A DNA stretch of 63,526 bases, counting the filler, from Globobulimina sp. (taxonomy: Eukaryota), in assembly GCA_003354225.1 (NCBI GenBank). It is 21 parts of 21 records of this genome, joined end to end, with 100 filler letters (N's around TTAATTAATTAA, not from the genome) between each part and the next. Parts side by side here need not be neighbours in the genome. Positions count along the whole stretch, not along the records: positions 48,485 to 51,413 come from PIVH01004328.1; positions 51,514 to 54,442 come from PIVH01004329.1; positions 54,543 to 57,470 come from PIVH01004330.1; positions 57,571 to 60,498 come from PIVH01004331.1; positions 60,599 to 63,526 come from PIVH01004332.1; 16 more parts are not named here. One strand, written 5' to 3'. Positions within the stretch are counted from its first letter, which is position 1. Every line of letters begins with the position of its first letter. The notes below the pieces were generated by a model. That model did not search any database and was not told the origin of the DNA. It was given only the letters and a program-made list of their open reading frames with translations. Positions 50,312 through 61,617 of the stretch are shown one piece after another. A program made the translations under genes and the position numbers.

Positions 50312-50932
50312 TCAATCCAATGTACCCTTTCCTTGCAACCATGCATACAATTTTGGCACAGAATTATCAAATTCAGCATTGTAATATGTTCCGGCCACTA
50401 AAGCTCCCAAATTATTATCCTTAACAAATTTCCTTGCTTTCCAACGTGCTCTTCCTTCGCCATTTCCTCCTCCACCAATTAATTTTTTTTGTTTGCAATT
50501 CTTTGCATCAATCTCTCCATTGCATTGTTCATAAATCAACCAAACATATCGATGTAATCCAGTATTTGGAGGTGGCCCCATCCAACATATTCAATTATTG
50601 TATCCCCACCTTCTTCGATATTCATGTTTTACTCTATCCCTAGCATCGGGATCTGTTAATATTACCGCATAATATTTATCTTCGTCACAGCCATCAAATG
50701 ATAAAGTGGTCGGCATCCATTTAAATTGCGTTGGAGTCACTGTTTCACCCATTTTTGATATGTACAATCCCGAAAATTCAACATTTAATGTTTGTTGCGG
50801 TTCTACATCGACAACATCTGGGATGATTTCATCAGATTTAAATGTTATTTTTTGCGTCTCATTGGCATTGACACTTTGTAATGACAATGAAGTTGCTTGC
50901 AATTGGCCTACTATGTGTGACAAACGAAGCAT
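50312..50932 (-). pseudogene. PEBP/RKIP-family protein with an internal deletion and a 1-nt frameshift
   Basis: IIPDVVD, ILTDPDA, HEYR and GPPPNTGLHRYVWLIYEQ are present. The HWxxxNI segment is missing and YVG(S)GPP is broken. Confidence 0.85.
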
Positions 50933-51513
50933 CTAAATATTTTGCAAGTTGCTGAGGTTTTTTTAAAATGTTTTGTAAAATTATTACTGTACTATTATTC
51001 AAATGACTTGGTCAAACTATAGAGCTTTTCAAGGCGATTGCAGCTGTAGATAGACAAGAAAACATTAAAGCCAATTTTAACCTTTTTAAATTAAATTTTA
51101 TTTTAATTTACACAATGTACAGTACAAATATTGACATTAACTGCTTCCGTTCCGATGAGGAAGACAATGATTTAAGTCTGACGTAAAATTAATAAAACTA
51201 TGTACAACATATTAATTATAAGTAATTAAATAAGTAATTAAATAATTCATTCATTTCTGCAATGTTACAGCAGCTAAAGGAGTACTAGCAGCCACTGGTT
51301 TAATTACAGAAGATAAGAGAAGATTGTGTCAATCGCGTCTAATAACAATAGGTTGCCGCCTCTGTTTCTGCACCAATTACCCTCGCCATGGGCATTGAGA
51401 AGAAGAAGGAAAANNNNNNNNNNNNNNNNNNNNNNNNNNNNNNNNNNNNNNNNNNNNTTAATTAATTAANNNNNNNNNNNNNNNNNNNNNNNNNNNNNNN
51501 NNNNNNNNNNNNN

Positions 51514-51833
51514 ATATTGAATGTGGAATTCAGATTGTTACCGTTCGAATTCTGCTCAACCTTCAGCTCAACCCGTTCGGCCCAGCTGGTCCCATCCTCG
51601 TAATCGATGTCCACGCGCCCGTACACGGTTCGCGGTTCCCAGTCGCCCTGTGTGGTGACCGAAAGACGCAGCATCGCTTCCTTGCCAGAGATGACGGACG
51701 CCCTGCCCGGTTCGACTGCTTCACCGTTCGACATGAGGGTGATCTTGGTGCCCTGGTAAATGGCGATGTCATAAAGCCATTCGGATTCATGAAGCATAAC
51801 CAGCAGCTGATCGATATTATATCGAAAGAACAA
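51514..51833 (-). CDS. Bacterial-like, GC-rich protein fragment at the contig edge
   Basis: GC is markedly higher than in the flanking DNA. IAIYQGTKITLM…VISGKEAMLRLSV recalls N-terminal domains of myxobacterial secreted metallopeptidases (from memory, unverified). Confidence 0.5.
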
Positions 51834-51848
51834 AGCTTCGTTGCTAAA

Positions 51849-52263
51849 GTGTTGGCTATTGCTAATTCTCCAATTTACGGCCTCCTATTATCTCTTCTTT
51901 CCATTAATTAAATTATAATAGGTGCAGATTTTGAATACATTGGGTGTTTCGCAGACAATGACATCCGGGCATTACGATATGATGTACTGGATTCAAATGG
52001 TTATAATCCTAAATCATGTTTTATTGCATGTCGTGAGTATCGATATTTTGCATTACAAAATGGTTCACAATGTTTTTGCGACAATGATTTTAATCAATGC
52101 ATCAAATATGGCGAATCAACAAAGTGTCAAAACAAAAGAGGTGGAAATTGGGCAAATTCATTATATATTTCATTATCTCATTACACATTATCCAACAACC
52201 AAAGCAATCACACATATCATGGTAGAAAACTCCACCAAATCCAGCAAAGTTTCGTACATTAAT
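51849..52263 (+). CDS. WSC carbohydrate-binding domain exon (missed by the ORF track)
   Basis: The frame reads FEYIGCFADNDIRAL…CFIACREYRYFALQNGSQCFCDN…YG…C…GGNWANSLY. An in-frame TAA at 51909-51911 interrupts a signal-peptide-like leader. Confidence 0.8.
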
Positions 52264-52344
52264 TAATATCCAAATCAATATAATTAAAAAATATAAGTGC
52301 ACTTTATTCCGCAATAACAAAACATACAGACGCACCCTATACAT

Positions 52345-54442
52345 TATGCACATCCATCGGCAATGATAACAAAACATGTTACATTGACGCTATGTCCATT
52401 GTTGAAGCCATTATTTGTGATCCCCATTATCCAAATTGCATTATAAATTGTACAAAATACGGATGTTCTGGGATTACAACATTGCACTGTCCGTCTACAA
52501 TTTGCCAAAGCTGTATCGTTGAGCCTGGATATATCACACAAGGTTTGTGGTCACCAGATACCTTCGTATAACATCTTTGTTTATATATATAAAAAAAGGA
52601 TTAACTATCGAAGGGCACAATTGTCAGTTGTTACAAATTGATTCCGCTGCAACGTTGCAAAATTGCATCATTAACGCGCCCGGCAACGGTGGTAGTTTGA
52701 TAATCCATACTCGGGAAGACTCGGGAGGGAACCCCCGCACTCTGCCTCTGGAAGCCCCGCAATTTGAGTCAAACAGCATTTATTCATCAAACAATGGATC
52801 GGGAACTGCGGATATAATATTTCATATGCATTGGACTGTGGTGGTAAAGAATACAGTCATTGATGCGAGCTATGTTCGAGGAGATTTAAATTTTACTTGC
52901 CATGCTAGCGCGGGATATGCGTACTGTGTTGGTACAAATATTACGTGTGGGGGGCAGGCGCACTGCAATATTAATTGTATGGCCACTTATGAGTGGCGAT
53001 GGACTGGTTGTGCAGATATGACTGTGTATGCCATGAATTCATCTGTGGTGAACTGGCAGTGCGAGGAAAGTATCCTGAAATCATGTAACAACTCGAAAAT
53101 AACATGTGGCGATCCCGCGAATCTTCATTATTCAACACTGGAATGGACCTCCGGCTTTGGTTGGTATTATGGATCAGCAGATTGTGTCAAAAGTTGAGTG
53201 CAAATCTTAATTCATTCCATCAAATATCAATATCAATCATTTGATCTACAGATTGGACGGGAATACCACCCATAACCTGCAAATTTACCACATCTGACAC
53301 CTGTATCATTGTTCGTGATACGTACTCAGAACGAGATTTAGTATGCGATGCTGCGTATGCAAATTGTCAGATATCTGTAGCTGGCCCGGATGTACACGGT
53401 TGGGACAGCGATTTTTATTTCTTCATTAAATGTCCAGCAAACATGTGCGATTCCTGCAAGATTTATTGTGACGAATCAAATGCCTGCAATTATGCGGTAG
53501 TACTCGGTTACGAGTGTAAAATATTAGAAATAACGGTTCGGTCCGGATTTTAGCATTTTATGCAAATTTGGGCTCCAGCAAATGGTGGGGAATTGCTGGT
53601 GTATGTACAGTATGACGCATATGATTTTGGATCGAATGGACTGGACTACAGTGCTATAAATGCGGTGCCAGGCACAAAAAATATGATCCTTAACTTTGAG
53701 CAATGTGTATCTTGTGAGATGAACACGATTAACGGTACGCATGTTTCAGATACTATGGCTGTATCATGTGGTCTTTACGGATTTTGTGCACTGAGTACTA
53801 TAATATGTCCAAATGATGCTATTTGTAATATCGATTGTACAGCAAATGGATTTGGCTGTGCGTTATTAACAGTCGACGCTGTCGAAGGCACACATGATGT
53901 GGAATGGATATGCAATGATGATGCTGAGTGGAGCTGTCGCGGTGCAATCTTAAATTGTTATATTGGAACAGCTCATTGGAGGTATACTTATACCAGTAAT
54001 GGATCAGAATGGCATTTAGATGGTTTATGTGTAGATCCACCATCTCGAGCACCCACTGCAGCGCCTACAATACCTTCGATTGCGCCAACTACTGCACCTT
54101 CATCCGCGCCAACACTCCTTCCCACACAACCTTCATTGTCACCAACTGTTCAACCAACCACAGCACCAACATCGGCACCAACTGCTTCGCCATTGAATTT
54201 TCATCAACAGATTGGAATTGAAGATGAAAACACATATTATGTGATTCTCAGTGGCTCAGTCCTTGCGTTTGTGTTGTTTTTGAGTGCTTTGATTTGGTGT
54301 ATATATTATTATAAATATAAACCTTTGAAAGAGAGGAAAGCCAAAACAATCACTGTTCGCAATGCGTGCGTTTTATGCATTGCCATTCGTGATTATGAAT
54401 GTGATGAAAACGTAGAGTCTGAAACAATGGTTGATGGCTATT
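52345..54442 (+). CDS. Cys-rich repeat surface protein with PT stalk, TM helix and start of a cytosolic domain; multi-exon; partial
   Basis: Repeated CxIxC…C units, APTAAPT…PTASP stalk, TM (YYVILSGSVLAFVLFLSALIWCIYYY), then NACVLCIAIRDY. Confidence 0.75.
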
Positions 54443-54542
54443 NNNNNNNNNNNNNNNNNNNNNNNNNNNNNNNNNNNNNNNNNNNNTTAATTAATTAANN
54501 NNNNNNNNNNNNNNNNNNNNNNNNNNNNNNNNNNNNNNNNNN

Positions 54543-54932
54543 TATCTAAAACTGACAGGATTTATCGGAACTTTTACATCCTTCGTATCCACATTTTATG
54601 TCTTATATTTAATGAAACATACTCCCTCTACAATGGAAATGATAATAAATGGCAAAATATCTGAATTTCCCAACAAAAATATAATATTTAATAAAATAAT
54701 GGCCATGGCATTAATATTAGCATCATTTATATGGTGCATTATTGGTTGGGATCTGGTGAATAAATTAAATTTTAATGGATGTTCGCATGAATTAATAACA
54801 CAAACAATTTTAGGATGGACTGTTGTACAAATTATATTAATGATTTGTGCTTTATCTTCGAGGTTAGTAAAGATTAAAAAAGTAGTTGATTCTGAAGCTG
54901 ATGTGGATGATGAAGAGGGAAGTGTTAAATAA
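54543..54932 (+). CDS. 3' part of a small multi-TM protein
   Basis: Hydrophobic helices (ILASFIWCIIGW; ILGWTVVQIILMIC). Confidence 0.5.
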   Translation, partial: YLKLTGFIGTFTSFVSTFYVLYLMKHTPSTMEMIINGKISEFPNKNIIFNKIMAMALILASFIWCIIGWDLVNKLNFNGCSHELITQTILGWTVVQIILMICALSSRLVKIKKVVDSEADVDDEEGSVK

Positions 54933-55073
54933 CAAATATGTATGATGTTATTTTTTATTGTATATCAGTGACAGCACGTTTCCTTTGCGTTTCTTCCCTC
55001 ATATCTTGTAAACGCAGCTCCACAGCAAACTTTTTTCGGCTATTTTCCACGTTAGCTTTTGTTCATTTGAATA

Positions 55074-56538
55074 ATGGATGTTAAATACTTGGATTGGGTT
55101 ATTGAATCATCGCAGTTCATTATTGTGTCAGCGTTATTTATTTTTCACATTTACAGAAGTTCCGCAGTTGCCAAAAATAAAAGAGAAGCGGCTGTCGAAT
55201 CAGATTTATGTGGATTTATTCAATTACGTCATGTATCATACCTAGTATTATTTGTTTATTTCCTTAAAGCATTATTTAATTTAAGTAAATCAGCCATTGA
55301 TGGAACGACAGATATTGACTACAATCATAATCGATGCGTATTATTTCAAAAAATCGATGCAACATTAGGCATAATCGCACGTCTCTTTATTCATTTATTT
55401 GTAGCAATGAGATCAAGATTCGGCTCAACGATTCCAACCATATGGCATAAAATTGGTTTAATGCTTATTTTATCCGATATTGGATTAATATTAATGCCGT
55501 GGATGATTCACCATTCTGTAAATGCAATATACGCGAATAATATTTGTGTCGTTATATCATATAATAAAATATTGCTTTGTTGGGTGTTATTTTCTGATTT
55601 TTTTATCGGCATTTATTGTTTATTTGTATTTGTATTGCCACTAAAAGCCGTATTAAAATGGGAGCGAAAAACTGTGTCACCAACGACCACCGCTACACCA
55701 ACGCGAACCTCCGTCGCTTCATTCTCGCCATCCACACAAACGCAAACACATAGACATAGATACAGCCATAGCAGAGAAATTAAGGAAATTCGCAGAGTTC
55801 GCTCGTTGACAGAAACGGTGCATAAAATAGTGTTATTTAGCAGTATTATGATAATATCATCACTCGTAATTATTAGCATTGCATTTGTTTTGAGTCTAAG
55901 TCACTTCGATAATGCCATTGTGTTATGTATGTTAAAAATCTGCGCATTTTTGTCTATTTTGTAATATTAACTATTTAAATACAGCTTTATTACCGCCGAT
56001 TGACAACATATTAAACTCCTGGTGCATTATATTGCAATTTGCAGATATTAGCAGTGATGCATTGTTTGGCAGAACAATTATATCATTTTTTCAATGTAAT
56101 TACTGTACTATGCAATGTTGGTGTTGTTTATGCAAAAGTACAGCAAATCAGGATAATGACAATAATGATATTAATCCTAATAATAATGTCAACAATGCTA
56201 ATAATCACAGGCTGAGCATACCGGTACCGGTATGTGAATGGCCAGGCACTCCAACAATGACAAGTTATAAACACAAGCCATCGTTTGCGAGCACATTAAG
56301 CCACATAAATTTAAGTATGACAGTGTTGCATCAAACTAAAATGGACCGAAAACCATCAGTATCAAACGGGCCTGGTATTGCCGATAAGACTGATTATAAT
56401 AACAAAGCCATTACTGATTCAAAAGCCGTTGTTGTTGTTGAGGAAGACAACGGAATGGATGATAATAAATTTAACAGTCATATTTTGTTGGCGTTGACTC
56501 CCGCTCCGTCCATGAATGGCCATGAATATCTCGATTAA
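55074..56538 (+). CDS. Seven-TM (GPCR-like) protein; intron 55927-55984
   Basis: About seven hydrophobic helices, Cys before TM3 and in the second extracellular loop, spliced TM7 LLPPIDNILNSWCIILQF, and a Cys-rich (palmitoylation-like) tail. Confidence 0.7.
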
Positions 56539-56547
56539 AAGAAATCC

Positions 56548-56614
56548 AATGGAGCTCTTTCAACATTGTAATGGAGCTCTTTTAACGAAAAAATGGTAAT
56601 GGAGCTTTTTGAAC
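56548..56614 (+). repeat. Three direct copies of AATGGAGCTYTTTNAAC immediately 3' of the 7TM stop codon
   Basis: Copies begin at about 56548, 56570 and 56598. Confidence 0.8.
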
Positions 56615-57570
56615 AATTTTTTTTGATTTAATATAGTTTTGTATACCTACCACGTATACCTGTTCAGATTGTAAATTGGATGAATTCTGACAATATGCCA
56701 TCTGAATTGAGTTATATTTTTGTTTGAAGCTCATTCTTTTTGTTAATATTCTTTTTTTTGTTGTGTTGAACTGATTCGATTTTATGCGTCTGTGTGTTTT
56801 TTGTTTGTCACGCGAGTTATATTTGTATTTTCTATAATATGTTTCATTTTTTTTTCAGTCATTATCGTTATTTTTATATATTTGTTATAAAATATGTTAA
56901 ATTTTATCTTTATATTATATACTATTATTGTTTAAAAAGCTAAAATTGGGTGTCCCGGCTTTTGAATCTCAAAGCAAGGCTGTAGCAGTTTCAAATTCTG
57001 ACTTCAAATTGTCTGATCGTTTTATTTGTAAAGTCAGTAAATCCCTTTTCAAGTCAGTAAATTTGAAAATGCTGCAGCCTTGCTACCAAGAACAAAAAAC
57101 AGTTCATATGAGTAAACATCACGAGGATGTTCCAGCAATCCATGAGACTGAAATAGGACTTTATTTAACTACTGAGTTGATATTAGCAAAAAACATTAAA
57201 AGACGAAGATCCGATCATAAATAATGACTGTTCTTCCCGTTACTATTGTTATATAGCAACATAGATCCGTTCGATGTTCCAGATAAAATCCAGAAATTCT
57301 TTTCCAGATAATAATTTTTATGATTTTTATGTTTTTTATTTTTACCTTTCTTCTTCTGTATGTTATTGTTATTGTTGTCATTACCATTCGTTGACGATAT
57401 TTTCACATCAAATTCATTAAAACTCAATTCCATATCATCATCACTAAAATGGTCCTCATGGTCATCACAANNNNNNNNNNNNNNNNNNNNNNNNNNNNNN
57501 NNNNNNNNNNNNNNTTAATTAATTAANNNNNNNNNNNNNNNNNNNNNNNNNNNNNNNNNNNNNNNNNNNN

Positions 57571-58706
57571 GGCAGATCAATATGACAATTATCAAAACAT
57601 TTGGCCCATTGTTTGAGTTTTCTTCTCATATCGAGACATCTTAATTGCAATACTTCCTCATTCGCAGTTCCTGCACAATACAAAATATCCGGACACTGAT
57701 CGTAACTCCACACTATCGGTTCATTACTAAAATGAAAATCACTGTCATTCGGATCAGTTTCATACACGTAATTCCATCGATTATTTACAAAATTATATTT
57801 AATTACATCACCAATCTCAGACACGAGATACATTTTATTTTCATTATGCATATGAGACATATTCCATTTTAAATTATATGGTTGAAAGTGTTCACTTTTA
57901 CACTGAACCGGTTGAATATGTGTCCATTTATTTTCATACAAGTCATAGATTGTAAATTGTAAATCAAAATCATAGATTGTAGAAGAATAAGATACAGCTT
58001 TTGCAACAGCAAACAACGCATCTTTGCCTTCCAAATATGTCATAATCCATTTACTATGTTCCTGTGTGGATATTTGTTGAATGAATGTAAGTTTTGCATC
58101 GATGTCTTGCAATTTAAGCCGATATATATCCATGTCAAGGACTGCAATGATACCCCAATATGGTCCGCAATAAAACCAGTTATCAAACAGTAAATGACTT
58201 GTATTTGGTGAGAATGATTGATATGTGTTGCTATTATCTTTAACGTTTTTGTATATATTATCAGATTCAAACATATATAACATATTGAATATTTTTGTTT
58301 TATTGTATGCCGTTTTGCGCGTCAGAATGGCATCATATTTTGTGTTGGGTTTAATATGGTTGATGTTTAATAATTGTTTGAGTTGGCTTGAATTGATCGA
58401 ATCGGATAGGTTTGGAATATGACATGAAATATCAAAATATTGCTGACTCGCACCGGAGTTATATGAATGTAATTCAATTACATTTTTGTTGAATTGGGGA
58501 TTGTTTGGCGAGGTTACATTCAATACATGAAATGCAGCGTAATTGTTAATGAATATCAACTTTGAAATAAAGTAAAATTGATAGCATATTTGACAAATGT
58601 CGTTTGGTGGTGATGATGTTTCGTGTATTTCACGTAGAAAACCGTGTGTTAATAACTCACATTTATTTATTAATTTTGATTCAGACTTACTTTCTTTGTT
58701 TCCCAT
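57571..58706 (-). CDS. Degenerate Kelch/beta-propeller protein with MGNKES myristoylation-like start; 3'-partial
   Basis: IYDLYENKW and KYNFVNNRW blade ends, plus the N-terminal LLTHGFLR…PPNDICQICYQFY module. Confidence 0.65.
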
Positions 58707-58884
58707 GTAAGTTTATGTATATAACTGTTTTTGAGTCGAACTATCTTTGAGCATGCTTTGTAAAGCATCATGAAGAATCGTAGTAAATCTACGGTCACCA
58801 CATATACCGTCAGTGACACTAATCAGACACATAAAACTACAGTTACTACACCAATGTTCAGACCTCCAGTCATCTTTCAACACC

Positions 58885-60229
58885 ATGCAATCTATGCGAA
58901 AATTTGGTCTATGGAGTGCATTCACTTCCACAATTGAATGGGTATCTCCTTTTGTTGCGGGTACAGTAAAAACAGCGTGGAATGTAGCGAAATCTGTTGG
59001 TGATTAAGTATTTGAAAATGTATCAACTGACGAACCACCAACTCACTCTACGACAGCAACTAAAGAAACAGAATCAACAACAAATACTGAGGATCAGTAT
59101 CCATTACCAACTTTCAATGGGTTTTCAACCAAACATATTAATATTGCTATAATTGGTGACTCTGGAAATGGTAAAAGTTCGTTTGTCAATTCATATTTGG
59201 ATATGGAACAAAATGATAACAACAGAGCAAAAACAGGATTCGTAGAAACGACAGGTTAAAAAACAAAGTGATTCAGACAATCTCCGTTTTATATTATAAT
59301 TAATTTTATTTGTATTGCACCTATGCACAGCTATTGAACCTAATGATGTGAAATATTTTGAATGGTTTCCAGACGCTTCTCCAACAAACAATGTAGTGCG
59401 ATTTTGGGATTTGCCGGGATGTGGTACAAACCAATATAAATTTGCTGGGTATACACAAAAAATGGGATTAAGACATTTTGATATGTGCATTATTATCACA
59501 TCTCAGAGATTCACAGAACATGATGACAAGTTAGCAGTGCAGCTACATGCATTCGACGTTCCTATTTATTTGATTCGATCTAAGTTTGATACTGATTTGA
59601 CCAATCATTGTCATGATAATAATATTGAATATGGAACATTAACTGAAGAAGAACAAGGACAAATTATTAAAGATATGCGGTCGACATTAAAGAATGATAT
59701 TCATCGGGCATTGCCGAAATCAGTTTCGATGATCAAAGATAAATTTTATATTTTATCATCTCGTACAAAAGGATTAACAATTGAGGATTGGCTAAGATTA
59801 CAAAAAAATATAACTATTGAATTAATGAATCATCGTAAAGTAGACAAAGCATTTAAAGAACGAGTGTTAGATTTTTGGAGTGATGTATCAGGAAAATTGA
59901 AAGCCGGAGGACTTGCATTCAAAGAGGCAATGAATAGAATGAGAGAAAAAGAGTCAAAAAATGATATTAATGATTTGGATAAAAGAATAGAGTCAGAAAA
60001 GGTGGTTTGTGATGAAGCCAATTCAGCAGCAGATGTTGTAGAATTTTTAAAGAAGTTAAGTTTGGAAAAATATTCCGCTGCATTTGCTGAAGCTGCTATT
60101 TATGATATGGATGATTTGAATGCATTGGAACAAGAAGATTTGGAAGATATGGGTATGAAGTTAGCGGATAGAAAGAAAATATTGAAAGGAAAAAGCAAAA
60201 GCAAATTAAAGTCAGATTTTTATAAATAA
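58885..60229 (+). CDS. IRG/p47 (IIGP-family) GTPase with C-terminal SAM domain; intron 59255-59330; in-frame TAA at 59005-59007
   Basis: G1 IAIIGDSGNGKSSFVN, G2 AKTGFVETT, G3 FWDLPGCG, SQRFTEHD, G4 IRSKFDTDL. SAM: VVEFLKKLSLEKYSAAF…LEDMGMKLADRKKIL. Confidence 0.88.
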
Positions 60230-60598
60230 TAATGACATACGTTTATTGTAATCTATACTGGTATTACTATATTACTATTATTACTAACTTACTAACGATT
60301 TATATGTCATTTTTGTTTCCAAATAGGAGATACGTTGTTGCCTCAGTCATTTCCATCATTTCTGAACCAACCACTGTGACTAAGATTAAAACCAGCTTAA
60401 ATGAATGATTTTGTCCTTGACTTGCATTAAAAGCTCCGACGACAAATAAATAAGGGAAGAAACGTTGCTGATCTCACTTTTAAATCAATCATACACAANN
60501 NNNNNNNNNNNNNNNNNNNNNNNNNNNNNNNNNNNNNNNNNNTTAATTAATTAANNNNNNNNNNNNNNNNNNNNNNNNNNNNNNNNNNNNNNNNNNNN

Positions 60599-61564
60599 AC
60601 AATTACAACTGCAAAACCACTCTGACACAAAAAATATTGTATCAAGTGTTGCAAATAACATTCCAACCAAAGTTAACAAAATCAACGCAATTCCAAATCC
60701 AAACAAATCAAAACTTGTTTCACCAACACTACATTGTAAAGGTGATAAATATTGTCTTACTACAAGCAATGATGTAACATAATCAAATATATCAAACACA
60801 TACAAACCAATAACAGCCAGGAACTTAATTTTACTCATTTTTGACGTCTTATGTATAGTGTTTTGGATCTCTGATGAATAACTGCTTACATTTTGTCGTA
60901 AGGTGTTATTTTTCAACCCAATATGTACTGCGTAACTAATTGTCAACAACACACAAATTACTGCACTGCATAAGACAACAACTAAAATCACCATTTTATC
61001 GTTTTCAAACTGAGTACCTGGAAATTCTATAGATATTGGTGCGGTTGTTGTTGTTTTTGGTGATGTAGTTGGTAACATGTACATTGTTGTGGTTGTATCG
61101 TCTGTAATGTTTCTGCACTTTTCAACTAATAAGGAATAATCACCTGCAGCATCGTTCCGACCTGCAATTTTGATATAATATGTATTTGGTGCGAGCTTGA
61201 TATTGCTCCAACGTTCACTGCACGATGATGTACCGTTATTTTTTCGACAGGAACACTTTGTGCAAGTTGAGCTGCTCATAATATTGCTATCAGCATATGT
61301 TATTGATGCATCATCACAAGTTCCTGCTCCCACCATGTAAGATATGTGATCACTGTACATAGAGATTTCCGTATCATAGTTGGAATTGCATGTAGTTAAC
61401 GTGATGAATTGCGAATATTCCACTGTAAAGGAATAATATGCGGAAATAACAGTTGCGTTGGTTGATCCGTTTTTCACTTGACCGCATGTTATAGGACCCA
61501 GATGTGTCTTTTGTGTGGATGAAGGAGAATAACAGAACAACAAACAAAGCCAGAAAATTGTCAT
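60599..61564 (-). CDS. Membrane protein with signal peptide, PPC-like beta-domain, Thr-rich stalk and multiple TMs; 3'-partial
   Basis: MTIFWLCLL leader; TLTTCNSNYDT…TYYIKIAG…GDYSL; TTTT stalk; at least 3 TM helices. Confidence 0.65.
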
Positions 61565-61617
61565 GGTCAGAGAGTGTGGCACTGAGTCAAAAAAAAAACA
61601 AAAGAGCAAATAAAATC

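Noticed and set aside
2932-60598. Regularly spaced TTAATTAATTAA palindromes as a CRISPR-like array or chromosome-breakage signal
   Set aside because: They are always embedded in exactly 44+44 N and separate length-sorted contigs, so they are an artificial six-frame-stop linker.
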